The position numbers were made by a program, and so were the translations under genes. A DNA stretch of 64,000 nucleotides from an uncultured Candidatus Solibacter sp. Lineage in GTDB: Bacteria; Acidobacteriota; Terriglobia; Bryobacterales; Bryobacteraceae. Of this stretch, positions 45,692-54,952 are shown in pieces. Under the pieces are notes generated by a model. It did not search any database. It was given only the letters and a program-made list of their open reading frames with translations, and was not told the origin of the DNA. The stretch spans positions 99,016-163,015 of the forward strand of contig CAYOBO010000001.1 in the NCBI GenBank assembly GCA_964402295.1, in the 5' to 3' direction. Numbering within the stretch: position 1 is the stretch's first letter; each line of letters starts with the position of its first letter.

Positions 45692-48600
45692 ATGCGCCCC
45701 TTGCTGCTGACTTTCTGCGCGGCCTTGTTGCTGTCCCAAAATAAGGCCCCCGTGCGTAACGAAGAGCAACTCTGGCGGCATCGCAACCGCGGGAAAGCCT
45801 ATTACGAAAACCCCACCACGCAACTCCAGGCCATCGACGAATTCCGCAAAGCCCTCGCCCTCGCTCCGAACTCCACGCGCGATCGCCTCAACTATGCACT
45901 CGCCCTCTTGCGCGGCGGCAAGACCGATGAAGGCATTGCCGAACTCAAAGCCGTGCAATCCGCCGATCCCAAGCTCCCGCACACCTGGTTCAACCTCGGT
46001 ATTCATTACAAGAAACAGGGCGAAACGGATCAAGCCGCCGCCATGTTTGAAAAGCTCATCGAACTGACTCCCAACGAGCCGGTTGCCCACTACAATCTCG
46101 CCGTCCTCTACAAGCTGCAAAACAAACTCCCCCAGGCACAGGCGTTGTTCGAAAAAGCCGCGCAACTCGGCCCCAGCCTCGCCGCCCCGCACTTTCAGCT
46201 TTACAACGCCTTCCGTCTCTCCGGCCAACGCGAGGAAGCCATGAAGCAACTCGCCATCTTCCAGGAGCTCAAGAAAGCCCAGGAAGCCAGTGGCGCCACG
46301 GAAGATATGGAGTGGAATGAGTACGCCGAGATTTACGATCCCATCGATCCCGCCATTCCAGCCGCTCAGCTCATCGCGCCGCAGTCCCCCAGGTTCACGG
46401 AGCGCAAACTCAACGCAACGCTCAGTGCCGATCGCGCCGGCATGCTCGTGTTCGATGCCGACGCCGACGCCCGTCCCGATCTGCTGGCATGGTCCGCCGG
46501 TACAGGTGGGCTTCTCTTCGCCAAAGGCGCCACGCCCATCCACTCGCCCGCGCTCAAGCCCGGCCACTTCTTCGCCGCCGCCGACATCGACAACGACGGC
46601 TTCCCTGACCTCGCGATGCTCACTCCCACCGGCGCGCAGTTGCTCCGCAATCGCAACGGCACATTCACGGCCGAACCCCTCGCCGAAGGCAACTTCCAAC
46701 TCGCCCTCTGGCTCGATTACGATCACGACTACGACCTCGACCTCCTCCTCCTCGGCCCAAGGCCCGCGCTCTATCGCAACCAAGGCGAAGCCGGCTTCGC
46801 CGACCGCACCGCCGATTTTCCCTTCGCCGCAGGCACTCCCGCCGCCGCCATCGCCTATCGCTCCGTGCCCGACACCAAAGGCATGGACGTCCTCGTAACC
46901 TACACGGATCGCCCTTCCGTCTTCTACCGCGATCTTCTCGCCGGCAAGTTTCGCGCGGAACGCTCCACTGTCCCCCAAGGCGCAACTCACCTCCAAGCAT
47001 TCGATTGGAACCGCGATTCCGTCTTCGACATCTCCTTCATCCACGCGGGCAAACTCAACCTCGCTCCGTCCATCGCCGGTCCCTACGTCTTTCTGGATTC
47101 ACAAAACCAAGGCACGGTGCATCTCTACGCGCCGCCCGCGACAGCCATGGCCACCGCCGATTTCAACGCCGATGGCCGTATGGATGTCGCTATTGCCAAC
47201 GAGCGCGGGCTCTTCATCCAGGAAAACGCAACTCCCACCGCCAATCGTTATCTCTCCATCCGCCTCACCGGAGTCAAAAATCTGAAGCTTGCGCCGGGCG
47301 CCGAGGTTGAAGTTCGCAGCGGCCAGTTCTATCAGAAACAGCGCTACGACGGTGTTCCACTTCTCTTCGGCATGCACGCGCAAACGCAAATCGACGCGGT
47401 CCGCATCACTTGGCCCAACGGTCTCATCCAAAACGAAACGGCCCAAATTCCCGGACGCTCCGTCGAGTACAAAGAAGCACCGCGCCTGTCCGGCTCCTGC
47501 CCCATGATCTACACATGGAACGGCAAGGAGTTCGCATTCCTCACCGATGTCCTTGGCGTCGCCCCGCTCGGAGCCAGCGCCGGCGACGGCCAGTATTTCC
47601 CCACCGATCACGACGAATACGTCTTCATTCCCGGCCAGTTTCTGCAACCCCGCAACGGCTTCTACGATCTCCGCATCACCGAAGAGCTCAGCGAAGTCAC
47701 CTACCTCGATCAACTGCAACTCATCGCCGTCGATCACCCGTCCGACGTCGAAGTTTTCTCGAACGAGAAATGGAAATCGCCGCCCTTCCCGGATCACCGC
47801 CTGTTTACCAGCCGCCGCCGCATCCCGCCCACCCGCGCCTCCATCAACGGCCAGAACATGCTGCCCGCACTGCGTCACCTCGACCGCGTCTACGCCGGCC
47901 CTTCCGCCCGCACCATGCAGAATACCGCCGAAACATTCGCACTAGAAATTGATTTTGGCTCGCAAGCCCCCGCCAACAACGCAGTCCTCATCCTCCACGG
48001 TTGGGTCGATTGGGCCGATGGCAGCGCCTTCCGCAACCAATCGCAACAGCCCGGCCGCGCCATCGCCCCGCCCTATCTCCAGGTCCGCGATCGCAACGGC
48101 CAATGGAAAACCGTCATCGAAGACATGGGCATCCCCTCGGGCAAAACGAAAACCATCGCCGTCGATCTCAACGGAAGATTCCTCTCCGCCTCCCGCGAAA
48201 TTCGCATCGTGACCAACATGTGCGTCTATTGGGACGAAGCCTTCCTGGCCATCCACGAAACCGCCCCCATCCGCCAACGCCACGCCCGCCTCATCGAAGC
48301 CCGCCTCGATTTTCACGGCTTCTCCCAACCCATCGTCGACCCCCACCGCCGCCAACCCGAGCGCTTCCTCTACCACCGAACGCTCGCCGATGCCCCGTGG
48401 AACCCCACCCCTGGCCTCTACACCCGCTACGGCGACGTCAAGCCTCTCCTCCATCGGCCTGACGACCGTTTCGTCATCATGGGCGCCGGCGACCAGATCG
48501 CACTGCGCTTTGAGGCTCACCATCCTCCACCTGCCGGCTGGAAGCGCGACTTCCTGCTGTATGTCAACGGCTGGGCGAAAGATGCCGATGCGAACACCGC

Positions 48601-48757
48601 ATTTTCACAATCCGTCGAGCCTCTTCCATTCCACGGCATGTCACAATATCCGTATTCCGCCAAGGAACATTATCCCCGCGGAAAAGCGCATATGGATTAC
48701 CGCAAGCGCTACAATACGCGCCCGGCAGCACAACTTGTGAAGCAGGTTGCCCCATGA
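45692..48757 (+). CDS. TPR plus FG-GAP/VCBS plus ASPIC/UnbV (CRTAC1-like) protein with an extra C-terminal module
   Basis: Starts directly after the upstream stop. Signal peptide and TPR repeats (residues about 30-200). FG-GAP-like DxDxDG loops (DIDNDGFPDL, DFNADGRMDV). UnbV_ASPIC-like NRYLSIRLTGVKNLKLAPGAEVEVRSG. About 420 further residues follow. Confidence 0.85.
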   Translation: MRPLLLTFCAALLLSQNKAPVRNEEQLWRHRNRGKAYYENPTTQLQAIDEFRKALALAPNSTRDRLNYALALLRGGKTDEGIAELKAVQSADPKLPHTWFNLGIHYKKQGETDQAAAMFEKLIELTPNEPVAHYNLAVLYKLQNKLPQAQALFEKAAQLGPSLAAPHFQLYNAFRLSGQREEAMKQLAIFQELKKAQEASGATEDMEWNEYAEIYDPIDPAIPAAQLIAPQSPRFTERKLNATLSADRAGMLVFDADADARPDLLAWSAGTGGLLFAKGATPIHSPALKPGHFFAAADIDNDGFPDLAMLTPTGAQLLRNRNGTFTAEPLAEGNFQLALWLDYDHDYDLDLLLLGPRPALYRNQGEAGFADRTADFPFAAGTPAAAIAYRSVPDTKGMDVLVTYTDRPSVFYRDLLAGKFRAERSTVPQGATHLQAFDWNRDSVFDISFIHAGKLNLAPSIAGPYVFLDSQNQGTVHLYAPPATAMATADFNADGRMDVAIANERGLFIQENATPTANRYLSIRLTGVKNLKLAPGAEVEVRSGQFYQKQRYDGVPLLFGMHAQTQIDAVRITWPNGLIQNETAQIPGRSVEYKEAPRLSGSCPMIYTWNGKEFAFLTDVLGVAPLGASAGDGQYFPTDHDEYVFIPGQFLQPRNGFYDLRITEELSEVTYLDQLQLIAVDHPSDVEVFSNEKWKSPPFPDHRLFTSRRRIPPTRASINGQNMLPALRHLDRVYAGPSARTMQNTAETFALEIDFGSQAPANNAVLILHGWVDWADGSAFRNQSQQPGRAIAPPYLQVRDRNGQWKTVIEDMGIPSGKTKTIAVDLNGRFLSASREIRIVTNMCVYWDEAFLAIHETAPIRQRHARLIEARLDFHGFSQPIVDPHRRQPERFLYHRTLADAPWNPTPGLYTRYGDVKPLLHRPDDRFVIMGAGDQIALRFEAHHPPPAGWKRDFLLYVNGWAKDADANTAFSQSVEPLPFHGMSQYPYSAKEHYPRGKAHMDYRKRYNTRPAAQLVKQVAP

Positions 48758-51378
48758 GGATTCGCTGGTTTTCCGTCGTCGCCATCGTACTACTGCTGAA
48801 TTCCGTCTACATCTCAGCCCTGCCTTCCGCCACCATCTTCTACATGGCGAATGTGCTGCTGCACCTCGTTCTCGGCGTCGCGTTCCTACTCCTGTTGCAC
48901 CTCCGTGGCTGGGCCAAACCCGCTCTGCCGATCTTCCTCTCCGTACTTCCCGCGCTGTATCTCATCCGCTACGGCGCCATACGCGATCACCGCATCTGGC
49001 TCTGGGCGCACATCGGGCTCGCCGTTGCCGGCGCCGTCACGCTGTGGCTCCACGCCCGTAAACATCAGCCCCAACTTGCCCGTTGGATTTTCCTTTCGCT
49101 CCTTCTCCTTGCCATCGTGCCCGGCGTAGTCAAGCTCCTCGAAAAACCCTCCCTCGTCGTCAACGCCTCGGAAACCCCCGCATCCATGGAAGAGGAAGGC
49201 GATGGCCCCAAGAGCCCCTTCTGGCCCTCGTCCGCCCGCACCAACGTCGGACTCGTTCCCTCCAGCTACTTCCTCGATTCCGACCAATGCGGCACGTGCC
49301 ACAAAGATATCTACGAACAGTGGAAGTCCTCCGTCCACCACTTCGCCAGCTTCAATAATCCGTTCTATCGCAAGTCCATCGAGTTTATGCAGGAAGTACA
49401 GGGATCCACGCAACCCAGCCGCTGGTGCGCGGCCTGTCACGACCACGCCGTCATCTTCAGCGGGAGATGGGAAACCCCCATCAAGGATCAGATCGACACC
49501 CCCGAAGCTCAAGCCGGACTTGCTTGTGTCTCCTGTCACTCCATCGTCCACGTCAAAGACACAATGGGCAACGCCGCCTTCACCCTCGAATACAATTGGC
49601 TCCACGCCATCGCCGCCAATCGCAATCCCTACATCCAATCCTTCGACAGGTTCCTCACCTATCTCAATCCCCGTCCGCACCGGCAGACATTCCTCAAGCC
49701 GCTCCATAAAACTCCCGAGTTCTGTTCCTCCTGCCACAAAGTCCACCTCGATGTTCCCGTCAACAACTATCGCTGGATTCGAGGCTTCAACGATTACGAC
49801 AACTGGCAGGCCAGCGGCGTTTCCGGCCGCGGCGCGCGTAGCTTCTACTATCCCAAGGAAAGCCTCGATTGCTCCGGCTGCCACATGCCTTTAGTCGCAT
49901 CCAACGATCCCGGCAATCGTAACGGCAAGGTGCACTCGCACCGCTTCCCCGCGGCCAATACCGCCGTCCCCCACGTCAATAACGACAAGACGCAATTCGA
50001 AATTACGAAGAATTTCCTTCAATCCGGCTTCATTACCGTCGATATCTTTTCCGCCTCGCCCGTCGACGAATCCACGGGCGAAGCGCGCATGATCCGCCGT
50101 GCTGGAGAGCAGGCGCAATCCGCGCTCTCCAGTTTCGCCGTCGGCGAAGAAGCCGAATCGAACGCACAGGTCTTTCTCCGCGAGGTCGGCAAAGTGGCTG
50201 CGCCACTCAATGCATCCGGCGCCAAGTTCCAACCCGGCACAACGGTCCGCGTCGACGTCGTCGTCCGTACACGCCGCATCGGCCACTTCTTCCCCGCCGG
50301 CACCGTGGACGCCTTCGATGTCTGGCTCGAACTCGAAGGCAAAGACGCCACCGGCAAACACATCTTTTGGAGCGGCCGCGCCGATAACAACGGCAGCGGT
50401 CCCGTCGAACCCGGCGCCCACTTCTATCGCTCCTACCAACTCGACGGCGACGGCCACATGATCGACAAGCGCAACGCCTGGCAAACGCGCAGCGTGCTCT
50501 ACGTTCGCCTCATCCCGCCCGGCGCCGCCGACACCGCGCACTTCCGTGTCAAGATCCCGAAAGACGCCAAGGGTCCCATCGCGCTTAGCGCCAAGCTCAA
50601 CTACCGCAAGTTCGCCTGGCACTACACGCAGTTCGCTTTCGAAGGCATGGAGAAACCCGACCTTCCCACCATCGTTCTCGCCAAGGCCGAAGCGAAATTG
50701 GAACTCGGCGATACCTCCGATTGGAAGCAAGTCGTTCGCCCCGAAGACTACGAGCGCTGGAACGATTGGGGCATCGGGATGCTCCTCCAAGGCGACCTGA
50801 AGGGCGCCGAATACGCCTTCAAGAAGGTAATGGAAGCCAAGCCGGATTACGCCGACGGTCCGCTCAACGTGGCCCGCGCTCTGATCCAGGAAGGGGAAAC
50901 CGACGCCGCCAAACCGTATCTCGCCAAAGCCGCGCAGCTCGGCCCCACCCTCGCCCGCGTCCTGTTCTTCCAGGCGATGGTCGACAAAGCCGACGGCAAC
51001 TACGACGCCGCCATCGACAAACTCCGCAATGCCGCCGCCCAGTACCCCGAAGACCGCGTCGTCCTCAATCAACTCGGCCGCCTCCTCTTCCTCAAACGCG
51101 AATACGGCGAGGCTGTCCGCACCCTCGGCCGAGTCCTCAAAGTCGACCCCGAAGATCTCCAGGCCCACTACAGCCTCATGCTCTGCTACCGCGGCCTTGG
51201 CGATGCCGCCCGCTCCGACAAACACGCCAAGCTCTTCCAGCGCTTCAAAGCCGACGAGTCCTCCCAGAGCCTCACCGCCAAGCAGCGCCAGTTGAGTCCC
51301 GAAGATAACAACGAAAGGCAGATGATTCACGATCATGAAAGCGTGTCTTTGTCTGGCGCTCTTGGCGCTGCTCGCTGA
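48754..51378 (+). CDS. membrane-anchored multiheme c-type cytochrome (five CxxCH) with C-terminal TPR domain
   Basis: ATGA overlap with the upstream stop. About 4-5 N-terminal hydrophobic helices. CGTCH, CAACH, CVSCH, CSSCH and CSGCH lie between nt 49288 and 49884. TPR-like repeats in the last 250 aa or so. Confidence 0.85.
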   Translation: MRIRWFSVVAIVLLLNSVYISALPSATIFYMANVLLHLVLGVAFLLLLHLRGWAKPALPIFLSVLPALYLIRYGAIRDHRIWLWAHIGLAVAGAVTLWLHARKHQPQLARWIFLSLLLLAIVPGVVKLLEKPSLVVNASETPASMEEEGDGPKSPFWPSSARTNVGLVPSSYFLDSDQCGTCHKDIYEQWKSSVHHFASFNNPFYRKSIEFMQEVQGSTQPSRWCAACHDHAVIFSGRWETPIKDQIDTPEAQAGLACVSCHSIVHVKDTMGNAAFTLEYNWLHAIAANRNPYIQSFDRFLTYLNPRPHRQTFLKPLHKTPEFCSSCHKVHLDVPVNNYRWIRGFNDYDNWQASGVSGRGARSFYYPKESLDCSGCHMPLVASNDPGNRNGKVHSHRFPAANTAVPHVNNDKTQFEITKNFLQSGFITVDIFSASPVDESTGEARMIRRAGEQAQSALSSFAVGEEAESNAQVFLREVGKVAAPLNASGAKFQPGTTVRVDVVVRTRRIGHFFPAGTVDAFDVWLELEGKDATGKHIFWSGRADNNGSGPVEPGAHFYRSYQLDGDGHMIDKRNAWQTRSVLYVRLIPPGAADTAHFRVKIPKDAKGPIALSAKLNYRKFAWHYTQFAFEGMEKPDLPTIVLAKAEAKLELGDTSDWKQVVRPEDYERWNDWGIGMLLQGDLKGAEYAFKKVMEAKPDYADGPLNVARALIQEGETDAAKPYLAKAAQLGPTLARVLFFQAMVDKADGNYDAAIDKLRNAAAQYPEDRVVLNQLGRLLFLKREYGEAVRTLGRVLKVDPEDLQAHYSLMLCYRGLGDAARSDKHAKLFQRFKADESSQSLTAKQRQLSPEDNNERQMIHDHESVSLSGALGAAR

Positions 51379-52948
51379 CGCCCAGGTCCGCTTCACGGAA
51401 GTCACCCAACAAGCGGGCATCCGCTTCGTTCACAACAATGGCAAGTCCGGCAAGAAGTGGCTTCCCGAAACGCTAGGCTCGGGCTGCGCCTTCTTCGATG
51501 CCGACGGCGACGGCTGGCAGGACATTCTCCTCATCAACAGCAAAAGCTGGACCCCGAAGCCGGCCAAGTCCCTCCACAAGCTCTACCGCAATAACCGCAA
51601 CGGCACATTCACCGATATCACCACCGGCAGCGGACTCGATGTCGAAATGTACGGCATGGGCGTCGCCATCGCCGACTACGACAACGACGGCCGCGAAGAC
51701 GTATATATCACTGCCCTCGAAGGCGATCGCCTCTTCCACAACGAAGGCGCCGGCAAATTCAAAGATGCCACGCAATCCGCCGGCATTCAGAACGCCAACT
51801 TCGCCACCAGCGCCGCCTGGCTCGACTACAACAAGGACGGCCTCGTCGACTTATTCGTCGCCAACTACGTCCAGTGGAGCCCCAAGCTCGACCTCTTCTG
51901 CTCCCTCGACGGCAGCACCAAGTCCTACTGCACCCCCGAATCCTACAAAGGCGTCGCCCCGAAGCTTTACCGCAATCTCGGCAACGGCAAGTTCCAGGAT
52001 GCAAGCCAGCAGGCTGGCGTTGCTGACCCGAAGAGCAAGTCCCTCGGCATCGCTGTCCTCGATTTCGACATGGATTCCTGGCCCGACATCTTCGTCGCCA
52101 ACGATACCCAGCCCAACAAGCTCTACCGCAACAACCGCAACGGCACGTTCACCGAAACCGGACTCACCGCCGGCGTAGCGTTCGGCGAAGACGGCACCGC
52201 CCGCGGAGCCATGGGCACGGACGCGGCCGACTACGATGGTTCCGGCCGCCCCCATCTGCTGGTAGGCAATTTCTCCAACCAGATGCTCGGCCTCTATCAC
52301 AATGAAGGCAATGGCCTGTTCGTCGATGAAGCCCCCCGTTCCACCGTCGGCCGCCTCTCCCTACTCAATCTCACCTTCGCAACATTTTTCTTCGATTTTG
52401 ATTTGGACGGTCTGCTCGACATCTTCTGCGCCAACGGCCATCTCGATGCCGAGATTGAACGTGTCCAACCGAAGGTCAAGTTCCGCCAGCCACCCTTGCT
52501 TCTCCGCAACCTCGGCAAGGGCCAGTTCAACGCCTCCAATCCTGGCCCGGATTTCCTCAAGCCCCTTGTCGCCCGCGGCGCTGCCTACGCCGATTACGAC
52601 AAGGACGGCGACCTAGACCTTCTCATCACCAACAACGACGGTCCCGCCGTGCTCCTCCGCAACGACATGTCCACCAAGCCACACTGGCTCCGCGTCAAAC
52701 TCACCGGAACGAAATCCAATCGCAGCGCCATCGGCGCCACCGTCCGCATCGAAACCGCCGCCGGCCGCCAGTGGCGCACCGTGCACTCGGGTTCCAGTTA
52801 CTGCTCGCAAAGCGAACTTGCCCTCACGTTCGGCCTCGGCCAACAAACGCAAGTCCGCTCCGTGGAAATTCTCTGGCCCAGCGGCATCGTCCACAAAGTC
52901 CCTAACCCGAAAATCGATCAGGAGCTCGAAGTTACGGAAAAGCAGTGA
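51335..52948 (+). CDS. ASPIC/UnbV, FG-GAP repeat protein (CRTAC1 family)
   Basis: Signal peptide MKACLCLALLALLADA. FTEVTQQAGI, repeated DxDGDG loops (FFDADGDGWQDILL, ADYDNDGREDVY, DYDKDGDLDLLI). C-terminal UnbV_ASPIC motif (HWLRVKLTGTKSNRSAIGATVRIE). The tracked start overlaps the cytochrome gene by 44 nt. Confidence 0.88.
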   Translation: MKACLCLALLALLADAQVRFTEVTQQAGIRFVHNNGKSGKKWLPETLGSGCAFFDADGDGWQDILLINSKSWTPKPAKSLHKLYRNNRNGTFTDITTGSGLDVEMYGMGVAIADYDNDGREDVYITALEGDRLFHNEGAGKFKDATQSAGIQNANFATSAAWLDYNKDGLVDLFVANYVQWSPKLDLFCSLDGSTKSYCTPESYKGVAPKLYRNLGNGKFQDASQQAGVADPKSKSLGIAVLDFDMDSWPDIFVANDTQPNKLYRNNRNGTFTETGLTAGVAFGEDGTARGAMGTDAADYDGSGRPHLLVGNFSNQMLGLYHNEGNGLFVDEAPRSTVGRLSLLNLTFATFFFDFDLDGLLDIFCANGHLDAEIERVQPKVKFRQPPLLLRNLGKGQFNASNPGPDFLKPLVARGAAYADYDKDGDLDLLITNNDGPAVLLRNDMSTKPHWLRVKLTGTKSNRSAIGATVRIETAAGRQWRTVHSGSSYCSQSELALTFGLGQQTQVRSVEILWPSGIVHKVPNPKIDQELEVTEKQ

Positions 52949-52961
52949 GACAATAGACTCC

Positions 52962-53879
52962 ATGCGCGTGGTGCTCGAAATCCTGGATGGGCCGCTCGCC
53001 GGACGCACTGTTGAACTTTCCCCGGGTGAATCCGTCTCCGTCGGCAGAACCGCCAAGGCACAGCTTATGCTGCCGCACGATAATTTCCTTTCCGGCCTCC
53101 ATTTCCTCATCGAGTACTCACAATCCGGCCTCGTTCTGCGCGACTGCAACTCCAGCAACGGCACCTGGGTCAACGGCGAACGCGTCACCGAGCGCCCCCT
53201 TGCCGACGGCGATCAGGTCTCCGCCGGACAGACCCGCTTCCGCGTCTACTCCGAATCCGCGGGAGAAGCCGACCGCCGCAGTTCCACCGTCCTCTTCGCC
53301 ATCCCCAAATTCCAGGAACAGACCGGCGTACACAGCGTCGAATCCCTCGCCTTCGCTCCCGAACACCAGCGCGTCCTCGAATACCTGAAACAACTTCCCT
53401 CGCCGTTGTTTGCGCTCCTCAATGCCGCCATCGAACAGCACGTGCCCCATTTCCTCATGGGCTCCGGCGAGCCGTTCCAATTCCTCTCCGAAGGTCTCGC
53501 CGCCGAGCAGATGCAGCCTCCGCCCGTCTATCTCGCCCAGTTCACTCCGTCCTCCGCCCTTCTGCCGCGCCTCATCCGCGAAGGCTGGGGCAAGCCCTGG
53601 GTCACCTTCGTCACCTGCTCCCACCCTGTCCCCGAACTGGCGAAGCATCTGCGCAATCTCATGCTGATGTCCACCGCCGACGGCCGCCCGTTCTACTTCC
53701 GATATTTCGATCCGCGAATCCTCCAACTCCTGCTGCCCACCTTCACCCCGCGCGAACTCTCGCAATTCTTCGGCCCCGTGCACACGTTCTTGATCGCCGA
53801 TCCGGCCGATCCCGCGCGCCTGCTCGAATTCGGTGTCACACCCCAAGGACTCGCCGGGCGCGCGCTCGCATTACGATAA
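52962..53879 (+). CDS. FHA domain fused to DUF4123 domain
   Basis: N-terminal FHA (VSVGRTAKAQLMLPHDNFLSGLHFLIEY...LRDCNSSNGTWVNGERV). C-terminal DUF4123 pattern (LFALLNAA, GWGKPWVTFVTCSHPVPELAKHLRNLMLMSTADGRPFYFRYFDPRIL, FFGPV). Start moved to ATG 52962. Confidence 0.8.
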   Translation: MRVVLEILDGPLAGRTVELSPGESVSVGRTAKAQLMLPHDNFLSGLHFLIEYSQSGLVLRDCNSSNGTWVNGERVTERPLADGDQVSAGQTRFRVYSESAGEADRRSSTVLFAIPKFQEQTGVHSVESLAFAPEHQRVLEYLKQLPSPLFALLNAAIEQHVPHFLMGSGEPFQFLSEGLAAEQMQPPPVYLAQFTPSSALLPRLIREGWGKPWVTFVTCSHPVPELAKHLRNLMLMSTADGRPFYFRYFDPRILQLLLPTFTPRELSQFFGPVHTFLIADPADPARLLEFGVTPQGLAGRALALR

Positions 53880-53883
53880 TTGC

Positions 53884-54933
53884 ATGCATCGATCCCTGTT
53901 TCTGATCCTCGCCGCCTCGGCCTTCGCCGCCGATGATGCGCAAGTCATCGTATTCCGCTCCGGCGATGACGGCTATCATACCTACCGCATCCCCGCTATC
54001 GTCGCCTCCAAGAAAGGTACGCTCCTTGCCTTCTGTGAAGGCCGCCGCGACAAGCCCAGCGACACCGGTAACATTGACGTTCTCTTGAAGCGCAGCACCG
54101 ATCAGGGCAAGACGTGGTCCAACACCATCGTCGTCGCCGACTTCGGCCCCGACGTCATCGGCAACCCCGCTCCCGTGCTGGACCACAAGACGGGCGCCGT
54201 CTGGCTGCTGCTTACCAGCAACCTCGCCACGGATCCCGAGAAGGCAATTCTCGCCGGTACTTCCAAGGAAAGCCGCCGCGTCTGGGTTACACACAGCAAA
54301 GACGACGGACTCACCTGGGCCAAGCCCACCGAAATCACCGATCAAGTGAAGCCCAAGGGCTGGAGTTGGTACGCCACTGGCCCTGGCAACGGCATTCAAC
54401 TCAAAAGCGGCCGCCTTGTCATCCCCTGCGATCATTACCGGTCCCCCACGGCCCGCTATTCCCACATCGTCTACAGCGACGACCACGGCGCAACCTGGAA
54501 AGTCGGCGGCATCGTTGGCGATAAGATGAACGAGTCCGCCATCGCCGAACTCCCCGACGGAACGCTCCTTTTCAACATGCGCAGCTACGCCGGCAAGAAC
54601 CGCCGCGCCATCGCCCGCAGCCGCGACGGTGGCATCACCTTCGAGCCCGCCACCCTCGACGAGGCCCTCATCGAGCCCGTTTGCCAGGCCAGCCTCATCC
54701 GCCACGGCAAGGCTCTGCTGTTCTCCAACCCCGCCAGCACCCGCCGCGAGAACATGACCGTGCGCATCAGCCGCGACGGCGGCAGAACCTGGAACCTGCT
54801 CAAAGCCCTGCACCCCGGCCCCGCCGCTTACTCGAATCTCATCTCGCTCAAGCGCGGCTACATCGGCCTGCTCTATGAGCGCGGAGAAAAGTCCGCCTAC
54901 GAAACCATCACTTTCGCCCGCTGGAAACCCTGA
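53884..54933 (+). CDS. exo-alpha-sialidase (GH33-like, BNR/Asp-box)
   Basis: Signal peptide, a YRIPA (RIP) motif, and five Asp-boxes (STDQGKTW, SKDDGLTW, SDDHGATW, SRDGGITF, SRDGGRTW). Confidence 0.9.
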   Translation: MHRSLFLILAASAFAADDAQVIVFRSGDDGYHTYRIPAIVASKKGTLLAFCEGRRDKPSDTGNIDVLLKRSTDQGKTWSNTIVVADFGPDVIGNPAPVLDHKTGAVWLLLTSNLATDPEKAILAGTSKESRRVWVTHSKDDGLTWAKPTEITDQVKPKGWSWYATGPGNGIQLKSGRLVIPCDHYRSPTARYSHIVYSDDHGATWKVGGIVGDKMNESAIAELPDGTLLFNMRSYAGKNRRAIARSRDGGITFEPATLDEALIEPVCQASLIRHGKALLFSNPASTRRENMTVRISRDGGRTWNLLKALHPGPAAYSNLISLKRGYIGLLYERGEKSAYETITFARWKP

Positions 54934-54952
54934 TCCAAAGGAACACCAAACC

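Noticed and set aside
49891-51420. 509-aa ORF antisense to the cytochrome-TPR gene. Similar long antisense ORFs occur at 41938-43275, 44081-45454, 45677-47044 and 53836-55047.
   Set aside because: All are G/A/D/E/R-rich with no motifs. Each lies opposite a confidently identified gene.
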